Positions 47,905-57,856 of a stretch of 64,000 bases of DNA are shown in pieces. How positions within the stretch are numbered: the stretch's first letter is position 1; each line of letters begins with the position of its first letter. Source of the stretch: a virus (Duplodnaviria > Caudoviricetes); IMG/VR virus record IMGVR_UViG_3300032327_000961, positions 3,312-67,311 of that record, one strand, 5' to 3'. The position numbers were made by a program, and so were the translations under genes. The notes under the pieces are model-generated. The model worked only from the letters and a program-made list of their open reading frames with translations. It did no database searches and was not told the origin of the DNA.

Positions 47905-48541
47905 TTACTACGTCTTGTGTATTGCCCATTAAGAATTTAAAATCAGATTCTATTATCATTTGTTTAATAATAGGAACCATGTGCATTTTTACTGGATAAT
48001 GAAAATCATAATACTCAAAAGGAACTAATTGGTTATTATACTCTCTAACTTCTTCTGGTTTTTCAAATACTCCTGAAACACTAATGTATTTTAACATTTT
48101 GTTTTCTGGACAAGAAATATAAAAATTATTTTCTATATTAAACCATCTAATCTCTTTACCTGTATAAGGTAAATGTCTATCTAGTTTATTTCTTTGCCTT
48201 GTTGTTTTCTGAAATGCACATCCATCTGTATTACCAATATAAGTAGAAAGGGGTGCATCTGCTCCTATAATAAAATCAGGTAATTTATTTATTGGTTTAT
48301 ATAAAAAACAATCTCCTATAAAATCATTATCCAAAGTAGTTTTTACTACTTCTATTTTAACTAAAGATTGCACAATACTTCCATCTATTGGATAACCTTT
48401 AGATACTTCTTGTCTTATTAATACAGATCTATAACTATTAATTAAAAAAGCAAGTTCTACATTAGATAATCCATTATCATCAGATTGTTTGCCACCTTCT
48501 TTTAAATTCTGTAAATCGTATATTATTTCTGAGAAAAGCAT
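47882..48541 (-). CDS. Tail ring protein
   Basis: GGKQSDD...FLINSYRSVLIRQ and VSGVFEKPEEV...YPV motifs; crAss-like ring-protein synteny. Confidence 0.65.
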   Translation of the reverse strand: MLFSEIIYDLQNLKEGGKQSDDNGLSNVELAFLINSYRSVLIRQEVSKGYPIDGSIVQSLVKIEVVKTTLDNDFIGDCFLYKPINKLPDFIIGADAPLSTYIGNTDGCAFQKTTRQRNKLDRHLPYTGKEIRWFNIENNFYISCPENKMLKYISVSGVFEKPEEVREYNNQLVPFEYYDFHYPVKMHMVPIIKQMIIESDFKFLMGNTQDVVNDSQESQ

Positions 48542-48564
48542 TTTCGATTTTTTAAAGTTGATAC

Positions 48565-48594
48565 AAAAAAAGAAGGAGTCTTTAAACTCCTTCT
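48565..48594 (-). terminator. Intrinsic terminator
   Basis: AGAAGGAGT...ACTCCTTCT stem with an A7 tract on its left. Confidence 0.8.
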
Positions 48595-48630
48595 AAAATT
48601 AGTAATAAATATTGAGTAATCCTAAAACTA

Positions 48631-50064
48631 TTAATATAAACCTAAAGTAGATTGTAAAGAAATAAACCAATCTTTTAAATATTTACCTTTAGTTGTAGAT
48701 CCAGTATTTAAATCAAGTTGGTTAATAGCAATTACAGTAGTATGTTGATCTTGATTTGCATTTCCTAAACCAACACCAATTTCTGAATCATGAGTTATAG
48801 AAATTAAACTATAATCAGAAGTAGGAGAAGTTATATAAGTAGGAACAACATGATAAAAATCAGTTCTAGCAACTATACCCATATTACCTTGCATTTCAGT
48901 TTCTAATGCTCTAACTTGTTCATACCAACCAATACCCATTCCTAATCCTTGTACTACAGTTTTTACTGCTGAATTAGTAGAATTAGTCATTGTGTTATTT
49001 GTATCTTCATAACAAGTAACATCAAAATTAGCTTTTAGATAATCATTGATAGTTGTAGTATTAGCATAAATAGTATTAGTAACAAGTTTACCTTTTATAG
49101 TAATGTTATAAGCACTAGTTGTACCAGTAACTTTTCTAACATAATCAGCAGATAAACCACTAACACTGTTTGCAGAAGCAATAGAAGAAGTTAAGGTTTG
49201 AGTAATACCTTGATAAGGTCTATCTAAAGTTATTGTAACTAATAACGCACCATCAGCAGCTCCAGTAGTAGGAATAGGAGTAATTGAAACTATTTTGTAA
49301 ATTGGATCTCCTGCTACAGGAAGAGCAGTCATATTATTAGTAACATGAGTACTTGCTGTATAAGTATTTAAATTATCAAAACACAAAAAATTATCTACTG
49401 CTAAACCTGTTACAGCAGGAGTTACTCCTGATTTTGCAGCAATAGATATAGTAACAACTTTACTATTATTTGTAACTTTAATAACTAAGTTATTAGTACC
49501 TGTACCAATAGTATATCCTATTGCCTGAACAGTATGTCCAGTACCTACTATATTAGCAATAACATCTTTACTAGCATCACCATCTGAGTTAATTTGATTA
49601 ACAAAATTTAATGCTAAAGCATAATCATCATCTAATCTAGTTCCACTTACAGTTCCAGTAGTTTGATAAAAAGTTCTACGAGGGTGTTGTGGAGCCATAT
49701 TATTTCTAGTTTTAGAAATAATATCTAAGAAATAATCAGTAGCAGATTTAGGAGCAGCAGGAAACAAACCTGTAGATGTACCTATTTGATAAACTAATTC
49801 AGTAGGAGCTACATAATTAGTAATGCTAATCTTCTTAATCTTACGAGTATTAATTGGATCTGAATAAATTGCATTTCCTGCACTTACACCTTGAGCAATT
49901 TTAATTGTCCCGTAGTTTTCAGTAGCAGAAAAACTTGTTATATCAATAATTTGACCTTTTGCGTCAAGTACTAATATATCATCTGTTGCAATAGCTTCTA
50001 ATGAAGAACTAGTGTTACCAGAAGAAGAATTTGATATTAAAACTTTATTTACTGGAGTGTTCAT
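48631..50064 (-). CDS. Abundant structural protein (auxiliary capsid / decoration-like)
   Basis: T/A/G-rich 477-aa protein in the capsid cluster, followed by its own terminator. Confidence 0.55.
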   Translation of the reverse strand: MNTPVNKVLISNSSSGNTSSSLEAIATDDILVLDAKGQIIDITSFSATENYGTIKIAQGVSAGNAIYSDPINTRKIKKISITNYVAPTELVYQIGTSTGLFPAAPKSATDYFLDIISKTRNNMAPQHPRRTFYQTTGTVSGTRLDDDYALALNFVNQINSDGDASKDVIANIVGTGHTVQAIGYTIGTGTNNLVIKVTNNSKVVTISIAAKSGVTPAVTGLAVDNFLCFDNLNTYTASTHVTNNMTALPVAGDPIYKIVSITPIPTTGAADGALLVTITLDRPYQGITQTLTSSIASANSVSGLSADYVRKVTGTTSAYNITIKGKLVTNTIYANTTTINDYLKANFDVTCYEDTNNTMTNSTNSAVKTVVQGLGMGIGWYEQVRALETEMQGNMGIVARTDFYHVVPTYITSPTSDYSLISITHDSEIGVGLGNANQDQHTTVIAINQLDLNTGSTTKGKYLKDWFISLQSTLGLY

Positions 50065-50086
50065 TATATTTTTGTTTTAGTTGTTT

Positions 50087-50770
50087 TTATTTATCTTTTA
50101 AAATTTGGTAATTATTTTGTAGTCTTTTACTCTCGACAGATTCTAGTCCTATAGCTACTGCTAATTGAACAATCTCACTATGAACAACTGCTGGTAAATC
50201 ACTAGTTTGATTAGAGCCTAAAGAAATTTTTCTTGGTTCAAATATACAAGTAATTTTTATATTATCACAAGTAAAAGTATTGTCTGTTACGATAACTAAA
50301 GATGTACCTTCAAAATAAAGTATTGGATAATCATATTTACTTTTATTAAAAGGATCTGATGAAAATTTACTTAAATAATCAATTCTTGCTAAATAACAGT
50401 TATCTACATATTTAGTATAAACAATACTACTTCCAATAGGTGTATAAGCTATTTTAGGAACTGTTCTTAAATTATACCAATATTTTTTAGTTGAATCTAC
50501 TGTTTGTGCTTCATTTGTATATAAAACACCTAAATCAAATCTGTCTGTAAATCCAGTAACTCTTTTAAGATTGAAAGTTCCTACTATACTTCTAATAGAA
50601 TCTGTAATCCTTTGTGTTTTTTGGAATTCATCATATTGACTTTTTACATATCTTATCTGAGCTTCATTTAATAATATATCAATCTCTTCCCCGAGAAAAT
50701 CAGGGAGAGATTGATCATTAACATCATCAAAGAAAAGTCTGAAATTAATATGTAATTCTTGCGCTGTCAT
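50087..50770 (-). CDS. Head-tail adaptor / ring protein (P22 gp4-like)
   Basis: EEIDILLNEAQIRYV and LPAVVHSEIVQLAV motifs. Confidence 0.75.
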   Translation of the reverse strand: MTAQELHINFRLFFDDVNDQSLPDFLGEEIDILLNEAQIRYVKSQYDEFQKTQRITDSIRSIVGTFNLKRVTGFTDRFDLGVLYTNEAQTVDSTKKYWYNLRTVPKIAYTPIGSSIVYTKYVDNCYLARIDYLSKFSSDPFNKSKYDYPILYFEGTSLVIVTDNTFTCDNIKITCIFEPRKISLGSNQTSDLPAVVHSEIVQLAVAIGLESVESKRLQNNYQILKDK

Positions 50771-50771
50771 T

Positions 50772-51593
50772 TTAAGCTTCTATATCAATACTATCTTTTT
50801 TACTAATACTTGCTATCTGAGATTTAATTTCAAGATAAATTCTTTGATTAACTTCAGATTTTGCATTAAAGTATTTTATAACTTCACCTTCACTCATTCC
50901 TAAAACAATTTGTCCATAAACATAAGAAATTCCATTTGTAGTTACTATATTATGGAACATTGCTTGTTTAAGGAAATATCTTAAATTTAATACTCCTTTA
51001 TCTTGACTTGCTTTTACTATCCTAGATATGTTAGAACCACCAGATTCTACCATTCTTACAAAATTACTTTTGACACCTGTATCAGACATATCATAAGTAT
51101 TTACTCCACAAACAGTAAGAATCATTCTTAATTCTTGAGGAGTAGATTTTTCTAAAATAGCATAAGCTTCAATTTTAGAAGAATGTTTCTTCAATAATAA
51201 CTCATCTTGTTTATCACTATTAACTAAAACAAAAGTAGAATAAGGTTTTGACTCAATCTCATCTTCATCCATTGCAAAAGAAGGTAAAGTCGATAGTATT
51301 TTTAAATGCAATCGATCTTCAACTATATCTGTATTGAAAACTGTACTTTCAGTAACAGTTATTAAATAGTCTTCCCAGTACTTACTATTTGGAGCAAAAG
51401 TTCCTTTATCTACTCTCATTAATTCTTCAAATTCATGTTCTTCTGCTTCATCTTTTAAACCAGTAATGAATTTGCTAGGATTTCTTGGAGCTGTAGTTAA
51501 TGGAGTAATCCAATTAAAAGGATTATTTTTAAAAGCCTCATCTTGGTTTTCTGTCCAACTACTATGTCCTTTTCTTTTAACACTAAATATCAT
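50772..51593 (-). CDS. Conserved crAss-like hypothetical protein downstream of the capsid gene
   Basis: 273-aa ORF with FITGL and GTFAPNSKYW motifs, directly after the capsid gene. Confidence 0.6.
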   Translation of the reverse strand: MIFSVKRKGHSSWTENQDEAFKNNPFNWITPLTTAPRNPSKFITGLKDEAEEHEFEELMRVDKGTFAPNSKYWEDYLITVTESTVFNTDIVEDRLHLKILSTLPSFAMDEDEIESKPYSTFVLVNSDKQDELLLKKHSSKIEAYAILEKSTPQELRMILTVCGVNTYDMSDTGVKSNFVRMVESGGSNISRIVKASQDKGVLNLRYFLKQAMFHNIVTTNGISYVYGQIVLGMSEGEVIKYFNAKSEVNQRIYLEIKSQIASISKKDSIDIEA

Positions 51594-51628
51594 GATGTTT
51601 TTTGTTTTTGTTATTGATTAATTAAGAT

Positions 51629-51659
51629 AAAAGAATAGGAGTTGTTAAACTCCTATTCT
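51629..51659 (-). terminator. Intrinsic terminator after the major capsid gene
   Basis: AGAATAGGAGTT-GTTA-AACTCCTATTCT 12-bp stem plus A-tract. Confidence 0.85.
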
Positions 51660-51673
51660 GTAATGTAATATAA

Positions 51674-53182
51674 TTAGTACAAGTATAGTTCTGCACAAGA
51701 AAGTGGATCACCTAATCTTATACCACATTCGGATAAGAAATAAACTTGATAACCATCTTTAGAAGAACCTCTTGAAGTTTGAATAGAACTACCAGTAACC
51801 ATAGCAGGATCAATAGAACCAGAAACATTAAACATAATGTTTTCAGAACCTTTACGATAAACTTTGTTTACTAGAGGTTTACCTTTATCATTTTGACCAT
51901 GATTGATTAACCAAATTCTATAACTTTCGTATGGCATACCAGAAACAGGATGCAATTTCATACCAAAGTTTTCTTTAGAATCTAACATTGGTAAATGTAC
52001 CAAAGTTAATTTTACTCCGTGAGGGAAATTAACAGAAGTAAATTGATCACCTTCAAATTTTAGTTCATTACCTTTTCCTGATAAGAAAATACCAGAACCT
52101 TGAGTAATAGTTACTAAAGAACTTGAACTTGCATATTTTTTCCTGATTGCTTCTGATAAAACTCTTAATCCCATTTTACCTGTATAAGCTACAAAGTTTT
52201 CTGTATTACCAGAAGCATTTGTACTGTCAGATAATTGCATTAAAATTTTATCCAAATAATCAAAACTTAATGAACCTGAATAACCAAATTTATTAATATC
52301 TGGAATTTGATCCCTCAAACCTGCTCCCATAAATACTGGTCTTCCACTTCCACCATTTAAGTAAATTCTACCTGTAGCATCTCTATTATATTGTCCATAA
52401 ATCATAGACAAATCTTGATCTGTTAAGAATCTTCCTGCTCCATACCATTCTGCTTGTGTTGCCCAAATTTTAGTCGTTTTTTCACCATTTGCACTTGGTA
52501 ATTCAATGAACTGTTTTGTCATTGCTGCACTTCTAGTAACTGCATAATTTAACCTTAAAGTAGTTAAGTTATTTTGCAATTTAATAGGAGTATTCATTTG
52601 GAAAGATCCACCTGCACTAGAACCTTCTTCTACTGCTGAAAACATTCTTTGGTATCTTTGTCCCAAATCAATTTCTGCAATTGGAATAAAAGCATCTGCT
52701 CTTGGATCAATCAATTGACAAGTATAGATAAAAGAATTACCATCGGAATATGGTTCTTCTTGTACCCTCATTTGTCTTTGATTTTCATTTACAAGTACAT
52801 CTGATTGAGCAAAATATTTTTTGTCTAATGCTATTCTGAAAGTACTTCTGTTAATTCCAGGATTGCTAGTATTTTGTTCTACTGAACTTGCTGGTTTATT
52901 TACAGTTCCATAAAAACCTTGACTAATTGCCAAATCCCACTCATATTGTTGTGCTGTTATAAAAATAGTATTTCCTAGACCTTCTGTCATAGTACTTAAA
53001 CCACCTTTATAATTTCCACTAAAACCACCAGAAGCAGTTTGTAATCTTCTGGACATAACCATACCTAAATATTCAGGTTTAGTTGCAAAAGCATTTACCA
53101 ACCTATTTTGTTCTAAAAGAGAAGCATCTATCTCTTTAGCATTATAGAGTTGAAGTTTACTAATTTGACCTGTAGCTGCCAT
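51674..53182 (-). CDS. Major capsid protein (crAss-like, HK97 fold)
   Basis: 502 aa; FRIALDKKYF, QVQEEPY-like (MRVQEEPY..GNSFIYTCQL), GAGLRDQI and VYFLSECGI motifs; strong terminator downstream. Confidence 0.85.
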   Translation of the reverse strand: MAATGQISKLQLYNAKEIDASLLEQNRLVNAFATKPEYLGMVMSRRLQTASGGFSGNYKGGLSTMTEGLGNTIFITAQQYEWDLAISQGFYGTVNKPASSVEQNTSNPGINRSTFRIALDKKYFAQSDVLVNENQRQMRVQEEPYSDGNSFIYTCQLIDPRADAFIPIAEIDLGQRYQRMFSAVEEGSSAGGSFQMNTPIKLQNNLTTLRLNYAVTRSAAMTKQFIELPSANGEKTTKIWATQAEWYGAGRFLTDQDLSMIYGQYNRDATGRIYLNGGSGRPVFMGAGLRDQIPDINKFGYSGSLSFDYLDKILMQLSDSTNASGNTENFVAYTGKMGLRVLSEAIRKKYASSSSLVTITQGSGIFLSGKGNELKFEGDQFTSVNFPHGVKLTLVHLPMLDSKENFGMKLHPVSGMPYESYRIWLINHGQNDKGKPLVNKVYRKGSENIMFNVSGSIDPAMVTGSSIQTSRGSSKDGYQVYFLSECGIRLGDPLSCAELYLY

Positions 53183-53241
53183 ATCTTATTTTTTTCTTTT
53201 TGTTAAGTTAAAAAGCTATTCTTAATACAAAAGAAGTCATT

Positions 53242-54291
53242 TTATAGCAAATCAACAAACTCATCTTTCCTAATATCTCCATTTTTATTTGAATTACTAG
53301 CTTTAGTTGAGTTATCTTTAGACCTACCATCATTAAATTTACTTAATTCGTTTCTAAGTTTTTTTGAAGCTTCAGTTTCTCCTTTAATTGTAAGTTTTTT
53401 TGCATCAAGTTTTTTCATTGTAGCATAAGCTGAAAATAAAGTATTTTCTAAATCTGATGCTATATCTACTTGATATTGTGTGTTACCTTCTTTATTTACA
53501 GGTCTTGTCATGTAAACGTGAAGTTGTTTTGCTTCTAAAGGTGTTATTTCTAAACCTTTAATCTCTCTTGTATTTACGATTTCTCTTTCAAGTTCTTCAT
53601 ACATTCTGATATTCTCAATCCTTTCTTCTTCTCTTCTTACTTCTAAGTTTTGAAAAGCATCTTCTTTTTCTTGTTGTTGAATAAGTCTTAAATGTTCAAA
53701 AGCTGTAACAGCTTCTTCTTGCAACATATCTTTTTCAATAAACTTAGATATTTTGCTATTTATTTGTTCCTCATTCATAGTACCTAGACTTTCTAAGTAA
53801 TTATAAACTAAATCTACATGGCTATCTGGACTATTAAGAATATCTTCTTCTGTATATTCAGAATAATCTGTTTCACCAACCATATCTTGATATTCTTCAA
53901 GAGTTCCTCCTCTCAACATAAACTCAATAGCTTCTTGAGTTCTTGAATCTTCAATGTTATTTAGAGTTTCTTGTATTCTATACTGTATAGTATCTTCTAT
54001 AATTTCCTGCAAACCTTCTTCGCTATCATCATATTCTTTATCTTCATCAAGATATAATAATCCTGATGCTTCTAAATTTTCAATAAAAGGAGCAAAAGAA
54101 GGTTCATTACTTTCTTCTATTGATTCTATTTCATTTTCAGAAACTTTATCATAATCATCATCTAAAAGGTCTATCCCTCTTCCAAATTGCGCATCATCGA
54201 TACTTTCTGAATCACCTTCATTTAAAGGAGTATCAAAATCTGGTAACTCATCATAAGTTACTTTAAACTCTTCTGTTTGGTTGTTTTCCAT
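53242..54291 (-). CDS. Acidic scaffolding-like protein
   Basis: Very D/E-rich, coiled-coil character, directly upstream of the capsid gene. Confidence 0.6.
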   Translation of the reverse strand: MENNQTEEFKVTYDELPDFDTPLNEGDSESIDDAQFGRGIDLLDDDYDKVSENEIESIEESNEPSFAPFIENLEASGLLYLDEDKEYDDSEEGLQEIIEDTIQYRIQETLNNIEDSRTQEAIEFMLRGGTLEEYQDMVGETDYSEYTEEDILNSPDSHVDLVYNYLESLGTMNEEQINSKISKFIEKDMLQEEAVTAFEHLRLIQQQEKEDAFQNLEVRREEERIENIRMYEELEREIVNTREIKGLEITPLEAKQLHVYMTRPVNKEGNTQYQVDIASDLENTLFSAYATMKKLDAKKLTIKGETEASKKLRNELSKFNDGRSKDNSTKASNSNKNGDIRKDEFVDLL

Positions 54292-54315
54292 TGTTATTGT
54301 TATTTAGTTTTAGTT

Positions 54316-55236
54316 CTATTTTTTCTTCATTTGTTGTTTTACTTTTTCTTGATAATCTCTTTGGTATTTTCCTGCTCCAAAACTAAAATCAAGAGGTGAT
54401 TTATCTACTTTCACTCCTGCTTTCTTAGCATAATATTCATCATCTACATAACCTTCTTTATTATAAACCATGTTAGGTTTACGTTTTATAGATTCTATAG
54501 TTCCTTTATATGCTTTTTTACCTTTTTCTATAGCTAATCTTTTTCTATTAGGTAGCATTTCTTGATTGGGATTTATATAAAACGGATTATAAAGTTTGCT
54601 AATAATTGGATTAACTGGATTATTTTTATTATCAAATTTACTTTCCTTTTTAGCCAAATTAAAATAATCTGTGTTATCTACAGGTTTTTTGCTACTCGGA
54701 GGTAAATAATTATCTTTTACAGAATCTAATCTTTGATTATTTTTAATAATCATATTCTTATTAACTTGTTTTACATCTACAGAAGTTTTATCTTTATCAG
54801 TTAAAGTTTGTAATTGTTTTGTAGAAATCTTATCATTATCTGAAACTTTATATTTCAAACCTGTTTTTGGATCTGTTGCATTCCCATCTTTATCTATTCC
54901 TCCTGCTAATGCTCTTTTATAACCTCCTTTATTTTCTTGGTATCTTTCTAATAAAGTTTTTTTTCTAGGTTCTGTTACAGAACTAGAGTTATCAGTAGCT
55001 TTACTTGTTGTTATAGTGTTAGAATTACTATAGCTTTGTTCTTCTTCATCATCAAAATCTTCTTGATTAGTTCCATATTTAGTTGCTCTTTCTTTTTGAT
55101 CTCCTATAGTACCACCTTTAGCGTATTTCGATTTAATAAGTTTTTTAGCTAACATTTTATCAGCTTTTATGTCTTCTGGCGAGTCTTCTATTTCAGACAT
55201 AGCTCTTTTCATTGACATTATTTTTTTCTTTTTCAT
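54316..55236 (-). CDS. Basic low-complexity protein, probable internal virion protein
   Basis: Lies between portal and scaffold; has KYAKGG and a ~45-aa module shared with the 1429-aa cargo protein. Confidence 0.6.
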   Translation of the reverse strand: MKKKKIMSMKRAMSEIEDSPEDIKADKMLAKKLIKSKYAKGGTIGDQKERATKYGTNQEDFDDEEEQSYSNSNTITTSKATDNSSSVTEPRKKTLLERYQENKGGYKRALAGGIDKDGNATDPKTGLKYKVSDNDKISTKQLQTLTDKDKTSVDVKQVNKNMIIKNNQRLDSVKDNYLPPSSKKPVDNTDYFNLAKKESKFDNKNNPVNPIISKLYNPFYINPNQEMLPNRKRLAIEKGKKAYKGTIESIKRKPNMVYNKEGYVDDEYYAKKAGVKVDKSPLDFSFGAGKYQRDYQEKVKQQMKKK

Positions 55237-55250
55237 TACTTTGTTTTTTT

Positions 55251-55433
55251 TTACTTGTTGGACTTATTTGTTTGGTTGAAATTAAATATTTTTTTTATTT
55301 TACTTTGATTTATTTTAAATATTATATGCAATACTTTTATTCTGAATAAATTCTTTAGTTGAGCTGTTATCAAAACAACTATAAGATGCAATGTCAAATT
55401 TATACTATGGAGAAAATGTAAAAAGTTATTCAT
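55251..55433 (-). CDS. Possible small hydrophobic protein
   Basis: 60-aa ORF starting 6 nt after the portal stop; may be spurious. Confidence 0.3.
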   Translation of the reverse strand: MNNFLHFLHSINLTLHLIVVLITAQLKNLFRIKVLHIIFKINQSKIKKIFNFNQTNKSNK

Positions 55434-55439
55434 TATCTA

Positions 55440-57842
55440 TCACTTTTTATTCGACCTTGCTAACTCCGCTTTAGTTTTATTCTCTTTTGCTATTGCTAAT
55501 TTAATATCATCACTTCTCATATCAACTTCAAGTTTTTTAATCTCAAGTTGTATTCTAGCCATATCTATTTCTGCTTGTGTTTTAGTCCTTTGTTGTTCTG
55601 CCAAATACTTAGTGTTTATTTCACCTTGTTTTAAATCCAATTCTCTAGTATTATCTGGAGTTATTGGTTCCATTGTAGGCATTTGTACTCTTGAACCTGC
55701 ATTAATTTCAGCAATAGCTATTTTATTTTCTCTATCTAGTTGTTTATCAACAGTTTCTTGATCTAATCTAGCTTGTGCTAATTGACTTTGTACTTCTGCT
55801 TGTTGTTGTTGAGCTTGTTGTTGTTGAGCAACTTGTTCTCTTTTAGCTTTATCTCCATCTATTAATGTATGACTAATTTCAGAAATAGATTGTGATTTCA
55901 AAATAGTAATAAACTCTTGTAAAGTTAATTTATCTTGTTGTATTGCTGTAGGTGCAAGGGAAGTAATCTGCTGCATAATTTGTGCATCTCTACTACTATT
56001 ACTTACAAATACTCCAAAATCAGAATCCTGAAATATACCTCCGTCTATTTCATTAAATACTGGATAAATATCATCTACTACTAATTGGTGTTGTATTTTC
56101 TTATTTTTATAACAACAAGCTGCTGTATGTAGTAAATGTTCTAGTACTTCTTTTTTTACTTCATTGTGATAGTAAAAAAGTCTTTCTGTATTATTATAAC
56201 TTTGACTTATTGCTGCACTATTTGAACTAGAAGTATCATTAGTCATTGTACCTAATCTTTCTGGTGTAATTCCAGAAATAGTATCCATTTCTCTATCTAG
56301 TTTATCTATTAAACTTATATAGAAACTAATATTATTACTTAAAGTCAAATCTACTGAACCAAATAAGTTATTTGCTGTTTGAACTCCTCCTCCTGCTTCA
56401 TCATTTCCATTATAAAAGTTAATACCAAAAGTACTAACATAATATAACCACTTATCCATATCCCAACCTTTAGGAATAGACGCTGCATTTATATGTACTA
56501 TTTTACCTTTTGCTTTACTAAGTTCTCTTTCTAAAGCACTGTAAATAGTTAGTTTTAAATACTGAATTGGTTTTAATCTATCTACTTGTGAAGTAGCAAC
56601 AGAATTTATATTATCATAAATTCTACCTACATAAGGTAATTCACATTCACTTATATTATCTTGGGTTCTAAATTGGTTTTCTATTGGGTGTATATTTATA
56701 AATATATCTCCTCCAATTTTAGTTCCTTCCCAAACTTCATTTATCCAACGACTTTCCTTAGTAACTCCATTTATTATATCCTCTTTAGTTAATTTATAAT
56801 CACCAAAGACTGTTTTTACTTGTTCATCACCATTTTCATCCTTATAAGTAACAAAAGTAACTTCTGTTAATGATTTCCAATAAACAGTTGCTACTTGTAA
56901 ATGACTTCCTGAACTAGCATAAGGACTTGTTAAATTAAAGTCAGTTGCTTTTTTTAAATCACTTTCTGATTCAAATCCTACTGAAAAATTAGAGTTAATA
57001 GTACCAAAATTAGTTACTGTATTTAAGTCTAATCTTTCTAGTTGTTCTTCTGTTAAAAACTCACCATATTCATCTAGTATATCTGAACTAGCCATATACC
57101 TAATTTCCCTTGCCCATTTTGATTTCTGTACCCATAATGTATTTGGGGTTTTATCATAATCAAAAAATACAGGATTTACTACTCTTACTTTAGGATTGCC
57201 ATTATTTATAGATATACAATAAAATTCTTCAGCTACTATATAAGCGTGCTCAAAACCTTGACTAAATTTAAGAACTAAATCTTCTTTTTCTTTTAGGTAT
57301 TCTAGTATTTCATTAGCTTGTTGTTCTTTTATATCACTATAACCATAACTATAATACTTTCTTATTTCTTCTGGTTCAGGAACTTTTTCTTCATCTCCTT
57401 TTATTTTACCTGCTTTAACTAAAGAGTTATATAAATGAGATTGTAAGTTATCTAGTATAGCTTCTTTCCTTTCTTTGTTTTTCTTATTAAGAATTTCTCC
57501 TGATTTAGCTATTACTGTAAACTTAAAAGGTCTTTTTAATTCTTCTCCTACTACATTGTTAAACTTAGAAACAATAGAATTTAAAGGTCTTACATCTTGT
57601 GGTAAACCATATTCAGTAGTATCTAAACCATAGGGATTCAATACTTTAACAAATTCTTCTGGATCAAAAATACTATTTATAATATTGTAATTTACTAATT
57701 TATTATTCCTAGTGGTTCTACCATTATGAGCTAAAGAATTTCCTAAACCCATTATTGCTTGAACGCATCTCTCTCTCCAATCTTTATCTTTTTCAGAAAA
57801 AGGTATTTTTTGTGGTGGTAATTGATTTGCGTATTCGTACAT
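55440..57842 (-). CDS. Portal protein
   Basis: 800 aa; LPPQKIPFSEKDKDW start, EVWEGTKIG, SQVDRLKPIQY and SGITPERLG motifs typical of crAss-like portals. Confidence 0.9.
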   Translation of the reverse strand: MYEYANQLPPQKIPFSEKDKDWRERCVQAIMGLGNSLAHNGRTTRNNKLVNYNIINSIFDPEEFVKVLNPYGLDTTEYGLPQDVRPLNSIVSKFNNVVGEELKRPFKFTVIAKSGEILNKKNKERKEAILDNLQSHLYNSLVKAGKIKGDEEKVPEPEEIRKYYSYGYSDIKEQQANEILEYLKEKEDLVLKFSQGFEHAYIVAEEFYCISINNGNPKVRVVNPVFFDYDKTPNTLWVQKSKWAREIRYMASSDILDEYGEFLTEEQLERLDLNTVTNFGTINSNFSVGFESESDLKKATDFNLTSPYASSGSHLQVATVYWKSLTEVTFVTYKDENGDEQVKTVFGDYKLTKEDIINGVTKESRWINEVWEGTKIGGDIFINIHPIENQFRTQDNISECELPYVGRIYDNINSVATSQVDRLKPIQYLKLTIYSALERELSKAKGKIVHINAASIPKGWDMDKWLYYVSTFGINFYNGNDEAGGGVQTANNLFGSVDLTLSNNISFYISLIDKLDREMDTISGITPERLGTMTNDTSSSNSAAISQSYNNTERLFYYHNEVKKEVLEHLLHTAACCYKNKKIQHQLVVDDIYPVFNEIDGGIFQDSDFGVFVSNSSRDAQIMQQITSLAPTAIQQDKLTLQEFITILKSQSISEISHTLIDGDKAKREQVAQQQQAQQQQAEVQSQLAQARLDQETVDKQLDRENKIAIAEINAGSRVQMPTMEPITPDNTRELDLKQGEINTKYLAEQQRTKTQAEIDMARIQLEIKKLEVDMRSDDIKLAIAKENKTKAELARSNKK

Positions 57843-57856
57843 TATGTTTTAAAAAA

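Noticed and set aside
773-53954. Short ORFs overlapping long genes (773..967, 9645..9833, 16734..17123, 24131.., 25611.., 26830.., 29814.., 35367.., 39089.., 41895.., 43610.., 47044.., 53954..)
   Set aside because: They are antisense shadows of well-supported genes, with hydrophobic compositions expected from reverse-reading A-rich codons and no expression signals.
55395-55402. TAAATTTG promoter-like box on the - strand
   Set aside because: It lies inside a possible small ORF with no matching -33 box, and such octamers arise often by chance in DNA this AT-rich.
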